DNA of 11,747 bases from Candidatus Hodarchaeota archaeon (GCA_016839815.1 JAEOTM010000122.1:1-11747); one strand, 5' to 3'. Numbered from the stretch's first letter, positions 1-8,022 are shown. A program made the numbers and translations. Notes: generated by a model not told the origin, from the sequence alone.

Positions 1-995
1 AAGGTGTTATTTTCAATTGGAAACAGCATTGTTAAGAATCCAATTCCCCAAAAGAAAAATACGGTATCGATAAGCCGTAACCAGGGAATCCGATCAATTG
101 CTAACTTAGTAGCTACTTTAGCAGCGAAATATGTTAAAAGAGTGCCGATCATTAAAATTAAGAATCGTAAAATTCCTACTCCACCATCAGATCCAGTGTA
201 ACCGAAATATACTGGAAAAAGAATCAGATCATACCAAATCATTGCCAATCCTTCTCCAATACAAAGACCGATTATAAATAATAACAAAATCCTCTGTGAT
301 AATACGATTTGGACACCTTCGTGTAGTAGGCTAAAATAATTTTTTAGTGATCTTTTTGGCCGTTCTATTCCTGGTAAATCTTTAGCGATAAAAAAGAATA
401 AAACTGCCATTGATCCAAGTCCAATCACTTGAAAAGAAAAGACAGTTCGACGGGAAAAACTGGTAGCGTATATTCCTCCAAGAACAGTAGCTATTCCTGG
501 TATAATAGTTTGAATCGTCATTCTCCGACCCATGAAAAACTTGTATATTTCTCTTTGGGGATCGATCTCATTAGTAACCAGTTTATAGTTATTATCGAGC
601 CAAGTTTCTAGTGCTCCAGACTCTTGAGAAAATGCAATTGCTCTGAGGACATAAACAATTAATAGACTAGAAAATGAATTAGCAAATACGAGAATACTAA
701 AGGATAATGCTTCAAGGGAGTAACCAACCAAAAGAATCCAGCGTTGTCCAATCCAGTCTCCAATTACTCCTGAGGGATAATCAAAAATTGCCTGGATAAG
801 AAAACTGATTGCCAATAATATTCCTAACTGCTCAATCCCTACCATATCAATTACAAAAAGGATGTAAAAAGCGGTAGAAAGATTCCAAACCATTTCTAAT
901 GCAATTACAGAGCCAACAGTCTTCAAGACTAATTGTTGTGCTGGTTTAGGAAGGGAGTTAATACCTAAAAAGGAATTTAAAGCTTTAACTACCAT
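1..995 (-). CDS. MFS transporter, 3' end truncated by the window edge
   Basis: Absent from the ORF track because it has no stop inside the window. Manual translation from ATG (cat 993-995) is open to the edge: MVVKALNSFLGINSLPKPAQQLVLK...AIFDYPSGVIGDWIGQRWILLVG...SQESGALETWLDNNY... It has MFS motif A (GxxxDxxGxR) and many hydrophobic helices. Confidence 0.9.
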   Translation of the reverse strand, partial: MVVKALNSFLGINSLPKPAQQLVLKTVGSVIALEMVWNLSTAFYILFVIDMVGIEQLGILLAISFLIQAIFDYPSGVIGDWIGQRWILLVGYSLEALSFSILVFANSFSSLLIVYVLRAIAFSQESGALETWLDNNYKLVTNEIDPQREIYKFFMGRRMTIQTIIPGIATVLGGIYATSFSRRTVFSFQVIGLGSMAVLFFFIAKDLPGIERPKRSLKNYFSLLHEGVQIVLSQRILLLFIIGLCIGEGLAMIWYDLILFPVYFGYTGSDGGVGILRFLILMIGTLLTYFAAKVATKLAIDRIPWLRLIDTVFFFWGIGFLTMLFPIENNT

Positions 996-1185
996 TTTTT
1001 ATACGGTGAGAAAAGAATCCCTTTCTTACATATACCTATATACCTTGGCAACCATATAACTGAAGATTAGCAATTTCTAGTAAGATGAACAAACAATATA
1101 ATATCTCAATAAATCCCTCTTCCAATTTGGTTTTCCTATCACTAATGAATTTAGGGAAATAAAAAAAAAGTAGAGGAATAATTCA

Positions 1186-1932
1186 ATGAATATTCTTTAT
1201 CTCTTACCTGGAGAAGGGATGTCTAATGATGAAATTAAGCGTCGTGACTCTATTGCAAATTCACTTACATCTTCGGACATAAAAGTGACTGTAATGGAAG
1301 TAGGAAAAGGTGCTTTATCCATTGAATCTGCAGTTGAGGAGTATATGTCTATTGGGCCTATGTTGCGCAAACTAGTTGACATTCGGAAGGAAAAGCAATA
1401 TGCAGCCATAATTATTGGATGTGCTGGAGATCCTGGACTATCTGCGGCTAGAGAACTTATGGATATCCCTGTTATTGGGCCAGCTGAATCTTCAATTCAT
1501 TTTGCTTGCATGATTTCAGATAGATTCAGTATATTAACCGTCTTACAGGCAGGAATTGAATCTCAAGATAGTACTCGAATACTAGTTCGTGAAAAAGGAC
1601 TTGAATCCAGATTAGCCTCAATTGAATTTGTGCAAATGCCGATAGTTGATATGTGGGGGACTAATAGAGATGCTATTATAGACCAGATGGTAGACGGAGT
1701 TTTGAAAGCCAAGCAGAACGGAGCAGGATGCATTGTACTCGGATGCATGTCACTGGCATTTTTAATGCTAGATGATATAATAGAGAAAAGAACAGACATA
1801 CCTATTGTAAACCCACTAAAAACTAGTATAAAAACAGCGGAAGCATTTATCGACCTCAATCTTATGCATAGTCGAATCACTTATCCTGAAGCTGATTTAG
1901 CAAAACTAAATACAACAGTTTTTGATCATTAA
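1186..1932 (+). CDS. Asp/Glu/hydantoin racemase family protein (hydantoin/allantoin racemase-like)
   Basis: Two catalytic-Cys motifs, IIIGCAGDPG and VLGCMS, plus SIES and ARE..DIPVIGPAE. AGAGGA SD-like sequence at 1172-1177. Confidence 0.9.
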   Translation: MNILYLLPGEGMSNDEIKRRDSIANSLTSSDIKVTVMEVGKGALSIESAVEEYMSIGPMLRKLVDIRKEKQYAAIIIGCAGDPGLSAARELMDIPVIGPAESSIHFACMISDRFSILTVLQAGIESQDSTRILVREKGLESRLASIEFVQMPIVDMWGTNRDAIIDQMVDGVLKAKQNGAGCIVLGCMSLAFLMLDDIIEKRTDIPIVNPLKTSIKTAEAFIDLNLMHSRITYPEADLAKLNTTVFDH

Positions 1933-1944
1933 GAACTTTGAACA

Positions 1945-3189
1945 ATGGAAGCAAGAATTATGGGCAAAAATAAGAAATATGACGGCTATAAAGCATATCA
2001 ATATTTAACTCCTGGGATAGATTATAGAACTTTTAATCTCCGTGAGGCGATTAATAAAAAATGGGCATACTTTATACCTTTGTCAAGTTCTGAAGAAGAA
2101 AGAGTTGAATCGATCCTTGAGAAAAGCATTGTGATCGATTTACATGAGCATCCTACGATCATGCCTGAAAATGTAAACGAATTCAGTGCATTATCAAGAG
2201 AGGGAAGGGAATATTTAGCCTACGAAGCACTTAGTTATTCAGGTTTAGACGCTGTATTTGATAACCTAATGAATGGTAGCTGTAATATTACCAGTAAACA
2301 TGGGTGGAAGTGGAGTGACACGATTCATGATTTAGGCCAACGGTTGTGTGATATTGCTCATCAAGAGTTTGTCATACATTGTAAAACTGTGAAAGATATT
2401 AAAAATGCTTTTGAAACAGGCAAACTTGCCTGGGTTGCGGTTCTTGAATCGTTATCTAGTATAGAGAACGAAGTCGATCGCTTGGATATTCTTTATGGTC
2501 TAGGAATTCGGTCAATGGGTCTCAACTACAGTGAATCGAATATGTTAGGATCTGGCCTAGCCGAAATCCGTGATGGAGGGTTAACAGATTTTGGTTATGA
2601 TTGTATAATACGTATGAATAAGTTAGGACTTCTAATAGATGTGAGTCATGTTAGTGATCAGACTGCATTAGATGCTATCGAATCAAGCAAGAAGCCAATA
2701 ATTGTTTCCCATGCTGGTGTTCGTACCTTAAATCCAATTGCTCGGATGTTTCCAGATGAGGTTATTCAAGCTTTGGCGGAAAACAAGGGTTTAATAGGTA
2801 TAGAGGCCGCTCCGGGATATACAGCCACAATTGACAATCCAAATCCTAGTATTGAAACGTATATGCAACATCTTGAATACTGTATAAATTTAGTGGGAAT
2901 TGATTTCGTGGGATGCGGACCAGATAGTTTATATGGTGATCATGTCGGATTATATAGGCTAGAAGATGAAGAAATACGACTAGGAGGATTAGGGCACTAT
3001 ACCAGACCTGGCCAAAGAGGAGATGGATTAAAAGTTTCCGACTTACCTGACTATGTTAAAGGAATGGAGAACCCGACCGAATGCATGCAAAATATCATCC
3101 GGTGGATGGTTAAAAATGGTTATTCAGATTCTGAGATAGGTAAAATAATTGGTGGGAATGCTTTAAGGCTCTTAGAAGTTGTTTGGTAA
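1945..3189 (+). CDS. Membrane dipeptidase (peptidase M19 / renal dipeptidase family, amidohydrolase fold); no signal peptide
   Basis: Motifs VIDLHEH, DGGLTDFG..I.RMNKLGLLIDVSH, PIIVSH, VGCGPD and KIIGGNALR. Starts 12 nt after the racemase stop. Alternative start at ATG 1960. Confidence 0.9.
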   Translation: MEARIMGKNKKYDGYKAYQYLTPGIDYRTFNLREAINKKWAYFIPLSSSEEERVESILEKSIVIDLHEHPTIMPENVNEFSALSREGREYLAYEALSYSGLDAVFDNLMNGSCNITSKHGWKWSDTIHDLGQRLCDIAHQEFVIHCKTVKDIKNAFETGKLAWVAVLESLSSIENEVDRLDILYGLGIRSMGLNYSESNMLGSGLAEIRDGGLTDFGYDCIIRMNKLGLLIDVSHVSDQTALDAIESSKKPIIVSHAGVRTLNPIARMFPDEVIQALAENKGLIGIEAAPGYTATIDNPNPSIETYMQHLEYCINLVGIDFVGCGPDSLYGDHVGLYRLEDEEIRLGGLGHYTRPGQRGDGLKVSDLPDYVKGMENPTECMQNIIRWMVKNGYSDSEIGKIIGGNALRLLEVVW

Positions 3190-3191
3190 TT

Positions 3192-4394
3192 CTACTTAAA
3201 ATCACTTCTTACGTGATCTCCATCGCCTTCAGTCATTTCCATCTTATAAAAAACTCCAATAATTATAAAAGTCCCAAGAAATGTAACTAATAGTAAGGGA
3301 GGAAACCCAAATATTGGAAAAAGAAAACCTGCAACACCTGCTGCTGGTACACGGCCTAAGCGCTGGATAAAGGCAAGAATTCCAAAGTTTGTAGCCGCAG
3401 CATCGGAATCAATAGAAATAAAACTTAGTGTAACTGAAGGTCTCCAAAATACTACGACTGCTCCTAGAAAAGCATAAGCAAGAGTGATAAGCTCCTGAGC
3501 ATAATCAGGGAGAGTAAAAGCTGCAAAAACTAAAATAATCCAAATTATACCTACAATTTCCCCCATAATTAGACCAGCTATTCTACCATATTCATCGACG
3601 AAAATTCCAGCAGGATATGCAAGTAAGACCATTACTATGGTCTCAACCAAGGTTAAGGTAGCAATAAATGGAAGGTCTACATTAAAAACTAGTATATAAA
3701 TTGCGTTGGCAATAGAAAGGGGTAAACCCCAGATAAAGGCATCAATTGCAAAGGTAACTGCTATTTTTCGCGATTTTGGGTCTTTTAATATCCTCATAAG
3801 AGGAAAATAGAGCTTTCGACTATTAGATTTAATATCATGAAGCAATAGAAAATTTATAATTAGACTGATGAGGATCAAGACTAAACAAAGACGAAAAAAG
3901 AATGTATAGTTAATTTTCCCAACTCTTAATAACAAAGAAGAAGTTATCCCAGCGAGATAAGACGAATTATAGACGAATGAAAATGCAAGTCCTTTTCTCT
4001 TTGTTGACGATTCATATATTAATCCCTGTAAAGGAGCATCATATAAGCCTATTCCGAAATTAAAAAGAATAATACTAGGTAATAAAAGGAAAATATCCGT
4101 AATACCCGTAGCAAATCCTAATAAACCAATAATACTCAGAATCTGTCCAAAAATGATATTTTTCTTCCTACCATACAAATCTGCAAGAAAACCTAGGATT
4201 AGTGGAATTACAGCTGCAAAAGATCCTATAGATAAAATTAAACCTAAAATTTCAGCAACTCTTAAGTTTGATTCATAAATCGAAACAAGATACGGTTGGA
4301 TTTGTATCATGAAGACAAAATTGACAAACCCCCATAGAAAATTTGTGATTCCAAGAGTATAGATATTTAAACTTAATTGAGATCTAGTCTTCAT
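3192..4394 (-). CDS. MFS transporter
   Basis: 400 aa with about 12 hydrophobic segments. Motif A occurs twice (GFLADLYGRK, GIFVDEYGR). Confidence 0.9.
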   Translation of the reverse strand: MKTRSQLSLNIYTLGITNFLWGFVNFVFMIQIQPYLVSIYESNLRVAEILGLILSIGSFAAVIPLILGFLADLYGRKKNIIFGQILSIIGLLGFATGITDIFLLLPSIILFNFGIGLYDAPLQGLIYESSTKRKGLAFSFVYNSSYLAGITSSLLLRVGKINYTFFFRLCLVLILISLIINFLLLHDIKSNSRKLYFPLMRILKDPKSRKIAVTFAIDAFIWGLPLSIANAIYILVFNVDLPFIATLTLVETIVMVLLAYPAGIFVDEYGRIAGLIMGEIVGIIWIILVFAAFTLPDYAQELITLAYAFLGAVVVFWRPSVTLSFISIDSDAAATNFGILAFIQRLGRVPAAGVAGFLFPIFGFPPLLLVTFLGTFIIIGVFYKMEMTEGDGDHVRSDFK

Positions 4395-4671
4395 AAGATA
4401 AAAACCCCGTATTCATTCAAATTTGGTTATGGATTGATCATCATAATCTAACCAATTCCCATACATGATAGCTTCCTTAATTCGTAATAAGTGTAGCGTT
4501 AATCAGTGATACATCACATACACTTTTTGATTATAAGTATCGATTAATTCTAGAACTGAAAAAATGAACAACGGCTTAATATAAAAGATTGCAATAACAG
4601 ATAATTTGAATCTAAACATTGTTAAACGCTGGTTTTTATTTTTTCGAAACCTTCTCTTTTCCTCTATATTC

Positions 4672-4677
4672 AGGTGA
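4672..4677 (+). promoter_or_regulatory. Shine-Dalgarno AGGTGA
   Basis: Lies 8 nt upstream of ATG 4686. The GTG start at 4674 in the ORF track sits inside this SD, so it is unlikely to be the true start. Confidence 0.65.
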
Positions 4678-4685
4678 AGTCGCTT

Positions 4686-5786
4686 ATGAAAGATATAAAA
4701 ATTGGTAACGCTAAGAACCAACCTGGTAAAATTACCTATGGATTCATAGATGGGCTTGAGCTTCCTACAGGGATCATAGAGAAAATTCCAGTTATTATTG
4801 CCCAAGGTCTTGAAGATGGTCCAACTTTTTTCTTAACCGCTAATGTTCACGGCTTTGAACTCACTGGAGTGGCCGTTATTCATGAATTAATTACTGATCA
4901 ACTAGTACAAGATTTAAAAGGTACTATTATCGCAATTCCAACATTGAATCCATCAGCTTTCCGTAAATATCATCATAAAGCAGAATATGATGATAGAGAT
5001 CCAAATAGATTATTTCCAGAAGGAAAATTTGCAGAAAAAGAAGATAAAGATGAGGATAAAGAATATCCTAAACTGTATGAACATATAACTAATAAAATTT
5101 ACTCATATTTTGAAAAATACGCCGATTTTCACATAGATTTTCACAACCATTCTCTTCTTTCGATTCCTTATGCAATTCTAGATCGGTTATTTTATGAAGA
5201 TGAATCGGAAAAAGAAGAGGCAAACTTATTGTTAGAAAGACAAAAAGAGATGGTCGATTCATTTGGAATGCTGGTATGTGCTGAATTTCCAGCAAAAAAA
5301 TATTTAAAGATGAAACTTCATCGATCCGTATCTGGATCCACATTCAACAGTTTACGTATACCCGCATTCACTGCAGAGTTGGGGGAAAATCGGTTTTTGG
5401 TTCCAGAAGTCATAACTGGATCCGTAAAAGGAACAAGAAATGTCTTAAAATGGGCAGGAATGTTAAAGGGACCAATTGAACAAATTACTGAATTTCCAGT
5501 TCCAAAACCTGAATTTCGAGTTAGAAGATTTGACCATCCTCGAGTTAACCGATCGGGAATTCTCAGATTCATTGTAAAACCAGGAGATTTTGTCACCAAA
5601 GGACAACCGATAGCAAAGTTTACGGATATTCTTGGTAGGCCGCTCAATGATGGGTACATTCGAACAGAGTATGATGGAGTTATGGTATCTCTTCAAACTC
5701 AAATGACTGTTTATCCCAATGATGCAATTGCAGAAATGGGAGTTAGGGATGAGTTTCCACTACTTACACCAATTCCATCTAAGTGA
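4686..5786 (+). CDS. Succinylglutamate desuccinylase/aspartoacylase (AstE/AspA, M14-like zinc hydrolase) with C-terminal barrel-sandwich hybrid domain
   Basis: Zn and catalytic motifs VHGFE (HGxE), DPNRLFP (NRxF), DFH and AELG. C-terminal SGIL...VKPGDFVTKGQPIA segment. Confidence 0.88.
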   Translation: MKDIKIGNAKNQPGKITYGFIDGLELPTGIIEKIPVIIAQGLEDGPTFFLTANVHGFELTGVAVIHELITDQLVQDLKGTIIAIPTLNPSAFRKYHHKAEYDDRDPNRLFPEGKFAEKEDKDEDKEYPKLYEHITNKIYSYFEKYADFHIDFHNHSLLSIPYAILDRLFYEDESEKEEANLLLERQKEMVDSFGMLVCAEFPAKKYLKMKLHRSVSGSTFNSLRIPAFTAELGENRFLVPEVITGSVKGTRNVLKWAGMLKGPIEQITEFPVPKPEFRVRRFDHPRVNRSGILRFIVKPGDFVTKGQPIAKFTDILGRPLNDGYIRTEYDGVMVSLQTQMTVYPNDAIAEMGVRDEFPLLTPIPSK

Positions 5787-5788
5787 GT

Positions 5789-5835
5789 AGAGTAATCTCA
5801 ATTAAACAAGAGGATTGTGGAATTAGAGATTATCT
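5789..5835. terminator. Long imperfect hairpin just after the astE-like stop, in a convergent intergenic region
   Basis: TAATCTC-AATT-aa-ACAA-gagga-TTGT-gg-AATT-a-GAGATTA. Function as terminator or stability element is inferred. Confidence 0.4.
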
Positions 5836-5871
5836 TGAAAATATTTTTCGTAAATAGAAGTAATATTAGAT

Positions 5872-5881
5872 AAAAAAAAAA
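5872..5881 (-). terminator. Oligo-U (T10) archaeal-type terminator of oppA
   Basis: Run of 10 A on the + strand, 16 nt past the TAG stop, preceded on the mRNA by a pyrimidine tract (TCTTCCCCTCC). Confidence 0.65.
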
Positions 5882-5897
5882 GGAGGGGAAGATGTAA

Positions 5898-5969
5898 CTA
5901 ATTACGTCTTCTTCTGATGATTGGTATGGAAATGAACACGGCTAGAATAGCGGCTATTTCAAATCCAGA
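5898..5969 (-). other. PGF-CTERM-like C-terminal sorting signal (SGF variant)
   Basis: SGFEIAAILAVFISIPIIRRRRN: motif, hydrophobic helix and basic tail, preceded by a Thr-rich linker. Confidence 0.75.
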
Positions 5970-7823
5970 GGCGTCATCATCTTCTGTGGTAGTAGCCACA
6001 CCAGTATCATCAGTGGTATCATCAGTGGTATCATCAGTGGTATCCTCAGTTGTTTCGGGTACCGTAGTTGTGGATTTATAATAACCAGGTACTTCACGAA
6101 CACCATCGCCATCAGTATCAAGATACCCAGCATTTTCTAGCATTAATCTAGCTTTAGCTACATCCAGATCGTAGTGTTCGATATTAGGATTATTATATTC
6201 AGCAAAGAACACGGATGGAATAACTGAATCCGTTACGGTGGCATAATCACCAAATGCGAAACTAGCAATCGCTTGTGGATCAATGGCATACGCAATTGCT
6301 TGACGGACAATTGGATCATCTAAGGGTTGTACTGCAAAGTTAAATTGCAAGTAATAATCCCATTGTGATACAGCCTCATTGACACACTTAATATTCTCAT
6401 AAGTATTTCCTGGACCAACAGCATCAATCAAGTCAGTAGACATTGTTTCGTATCTTTCTGAATCATATAGACCACTGTCCATTCCCAAAATTCGATTTAA
6501 TTCAGTTCCTTCCACTTCAATGGTGAAGTTCTCAATTTTTGGATATGAACCAGCTGCTAATGGGTTGGCGGAAGAATATTGGGGCATGCTTGCTCCACCA
6601 GTGTACCAATAACTATCGTATTTATCGAAAATGTGGAATCCAGACGAACCTCGTAAACCTGACATATAGACAAACGGACCTGAACCGACATGAGCATCCC
6701 AATCAGCCGGATCTTGCCAGCGATCATCTGTAATATTAGCTCCTGACCAGATATGTTCTGGTAAAATATTTACCTGTCCAATATCGTCAATAGCCCAAGC
6801 GTAAGGTTCAGTTAAATTGATCATGATAGTCTGGCCATCAATAGCCACAGTATCAATCTTTTCTACACTTGAATATGAGGGTGTAAGAGTAGCATTCGCT
6901 AGTGTGTAATCAAGAGTAAACTTGACATCATCTGGATTTAAGGCTTGACCATCATGCCAAGTGGCACCTGTTCTTAATGTGAAATTAAGGTGCATACCAT
7001 CTGCGGATTGACTCCATGATTCAGCTAACCAAGGTACTTTTTGTAATGATTCGTTATATGCAATTAACGTATCATAGTGTAAGTTAGCAGCGAACCCAGA
7101 ACGTGCATCAGTGTAGAGGAAAGGATTTAGATGAGTAACATCACTGGGATATGCCATTACAAATTTCGTGTCACCAGTCATATTCATGATTGACCATGGA
7201 TTAAAACCAGTAAATATTCCACCAGGCATAGCACAATAACCAATCCATTCATTTCTGATAAAGTGGGCATCATTTGTCAGGAAGAGAGGTATATACGGTC
7301 AAAGCTCCGCCATTAAGACCTGTGTTTCGAAGAGAGCTGCTTTCAGCTCGATTGGGTTGGTCGCACTTTGACTGTCTTCTAATGCAGCATCTAGAGTGTC
7401 ATTGAACATGTATGCTAAGTTATCACCCCATGGATAATCCTGGGTAGAATGACCACGGAAATAGACATGATTGGGGATAGGTGAATATCCACCTGCCATT
7501 TCATACATTTCATAGTCACGATAATCATTAACAACGGCACCTGCAGGACCATCAAGACGGCCTCCTTCATATATTTGGGGATAGAAGACTGAAGAATCTA
7601 ATTGAGTCACAATGACTTCTACTCCAATTTCTGCACACGCATCCTGAATTCCTATTCCAGCATCCACTGAGATTGTATCCCAATCTAATACCAAGAGCTC
7701 AAATGAAAGCTCCTCTTTTTGAGGGCGTTGGGAGATATTTCCTAAAGCCGGGGATGAAAGATTAGTTACGAAAAGCAGAACAAACGCTAATCCAATTAAA
7801 AACATTTTTGTATGTTTTTTCAT
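5898..7823 (-). CDS. oppA: Oligopeptide/dipeptide ABC transporter substrate-binding protein (family 5), circularly permuted, with one in-frame TGA at codon 175 (recoded, recent nonsense allele, or sequence error)
   Basis: The span is 1926 nt = 642 codons. The 69-nt gap between the two ORFs translates in frame as PYIPLFLTNDAHFIRNEWIGYCA. N-terminal signal peptide; motifs PWLAESW, FTLR.G..WHDG, VGSGPF, PLDDPIVRQAIAYAID and KARLMLENAGY; C-terminal SGF-TM-RRRR anchor. Confidence 0.88.
6004..6051. repeat. 12-bp coding tandem repeat GTATCATCAGTG, 3 perfect copies plus 1 degenerate (TTDD units)
   Basis: Perfect copies start at 6004, 6016 and 6028. Degenerate copy GTATCCTCAGTT starts at 6040. Confidence 0.9.
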
Positions 7824-7829
7824 TTTTTT

Positions 7830-7834
7830 TCACC
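7830..7834 (-). promoter_or_regulatory. Shine-Dalgarno GGTGA of oppA
   Basis: Minus strand reads TTGGTGAAAAAAAATG, ending in the ATG at 7823. Confidence 0.65.
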
Positions 7835-7936
7835 AATAGGTAAAATCTAACATGAGAAATATGAGAAAAATTTCTTCTGGTATAAAATTCTAATTTCTAC
7901 TTGGAATTTTACACCTCTGCGTAAATCGTAAAATGA

Positions 7937-7953
7937 TTTATTAAGGTTTCTTT
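7937..7953 (-). promoter_or_regulatory. Candidate BRE + TATA promoter of oppA
   Basis: Minus strand reads AAAGAAACC-TTAATAAA, about 115 nt upstream of the start codon, within a 222-nt intergenic gap. Confidence 0.45.
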
Positions 7954-7997
7954 AGATACAAAATCTCATTACATTCGAAATTCTTCTGATAAACTCC

Positions 7998-8022
7998 TGA
8001 AAAAAGGTATTTTCCTTTTTCA
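7998..8022 (-). terminator. Hairpin with U-rich 3' arm downstream of the 359-aa gene
   Basis: Minus strand reads TGAAAAAGG-AAAATA-CCTTTTTTCA, 23 nt after the TAA stop. Confidence 0.4.

Noticed and set aside
4-611. + strand ORFs 4..201 and 429..611
   Set aside because: They are antisense shadows of the MFS gene on the minus strand (1..995).
4506-4517. Palindrome GTGAT-AC-ATCAC
   Set aside because: Arms are only 5 bp and it occurs once, so it cannot be told apart from chance.
4503-4805. 100-aa minus-strand ORF
   Set aside because: It overlaps the astE-like gene in antisense, spans its promoter region, and has no recognisable motif.
5787-5897. SECIS in the oppA 3' UTR
   Set aside because: The U10 tract comes 16 nt after the stop, and there is no AUGA/GA core or convincing archaeal GAA/A element on the minus strand.
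6004-6051. Tandem repeat as a CRISPR array
   Set aside because: It is a 12-bp unit without spacers and encodes an in-frame linker.
7240-7298. SECIS-like hairpin just downstream of the UGA
   Set aside because: Only weak, bulged stems (CUGA/UCAG; CCA.UUUAU/AUGAA.UGG). An AUGA is present but has no correctly placed partner GA.
5898-7823. Treating the 174-aa and 443-aa ORFs as two separate genes
   Set aside because: They share a frame, the gap encodes a conserved motif, and the export signal and anchor are on different halves.
7891-7901. TAATTTCTACT, resembling a Cas12a repeat 5' arm
   Set aside because: Single copy, no GTAGAT arm, no spacers and no cas genes.
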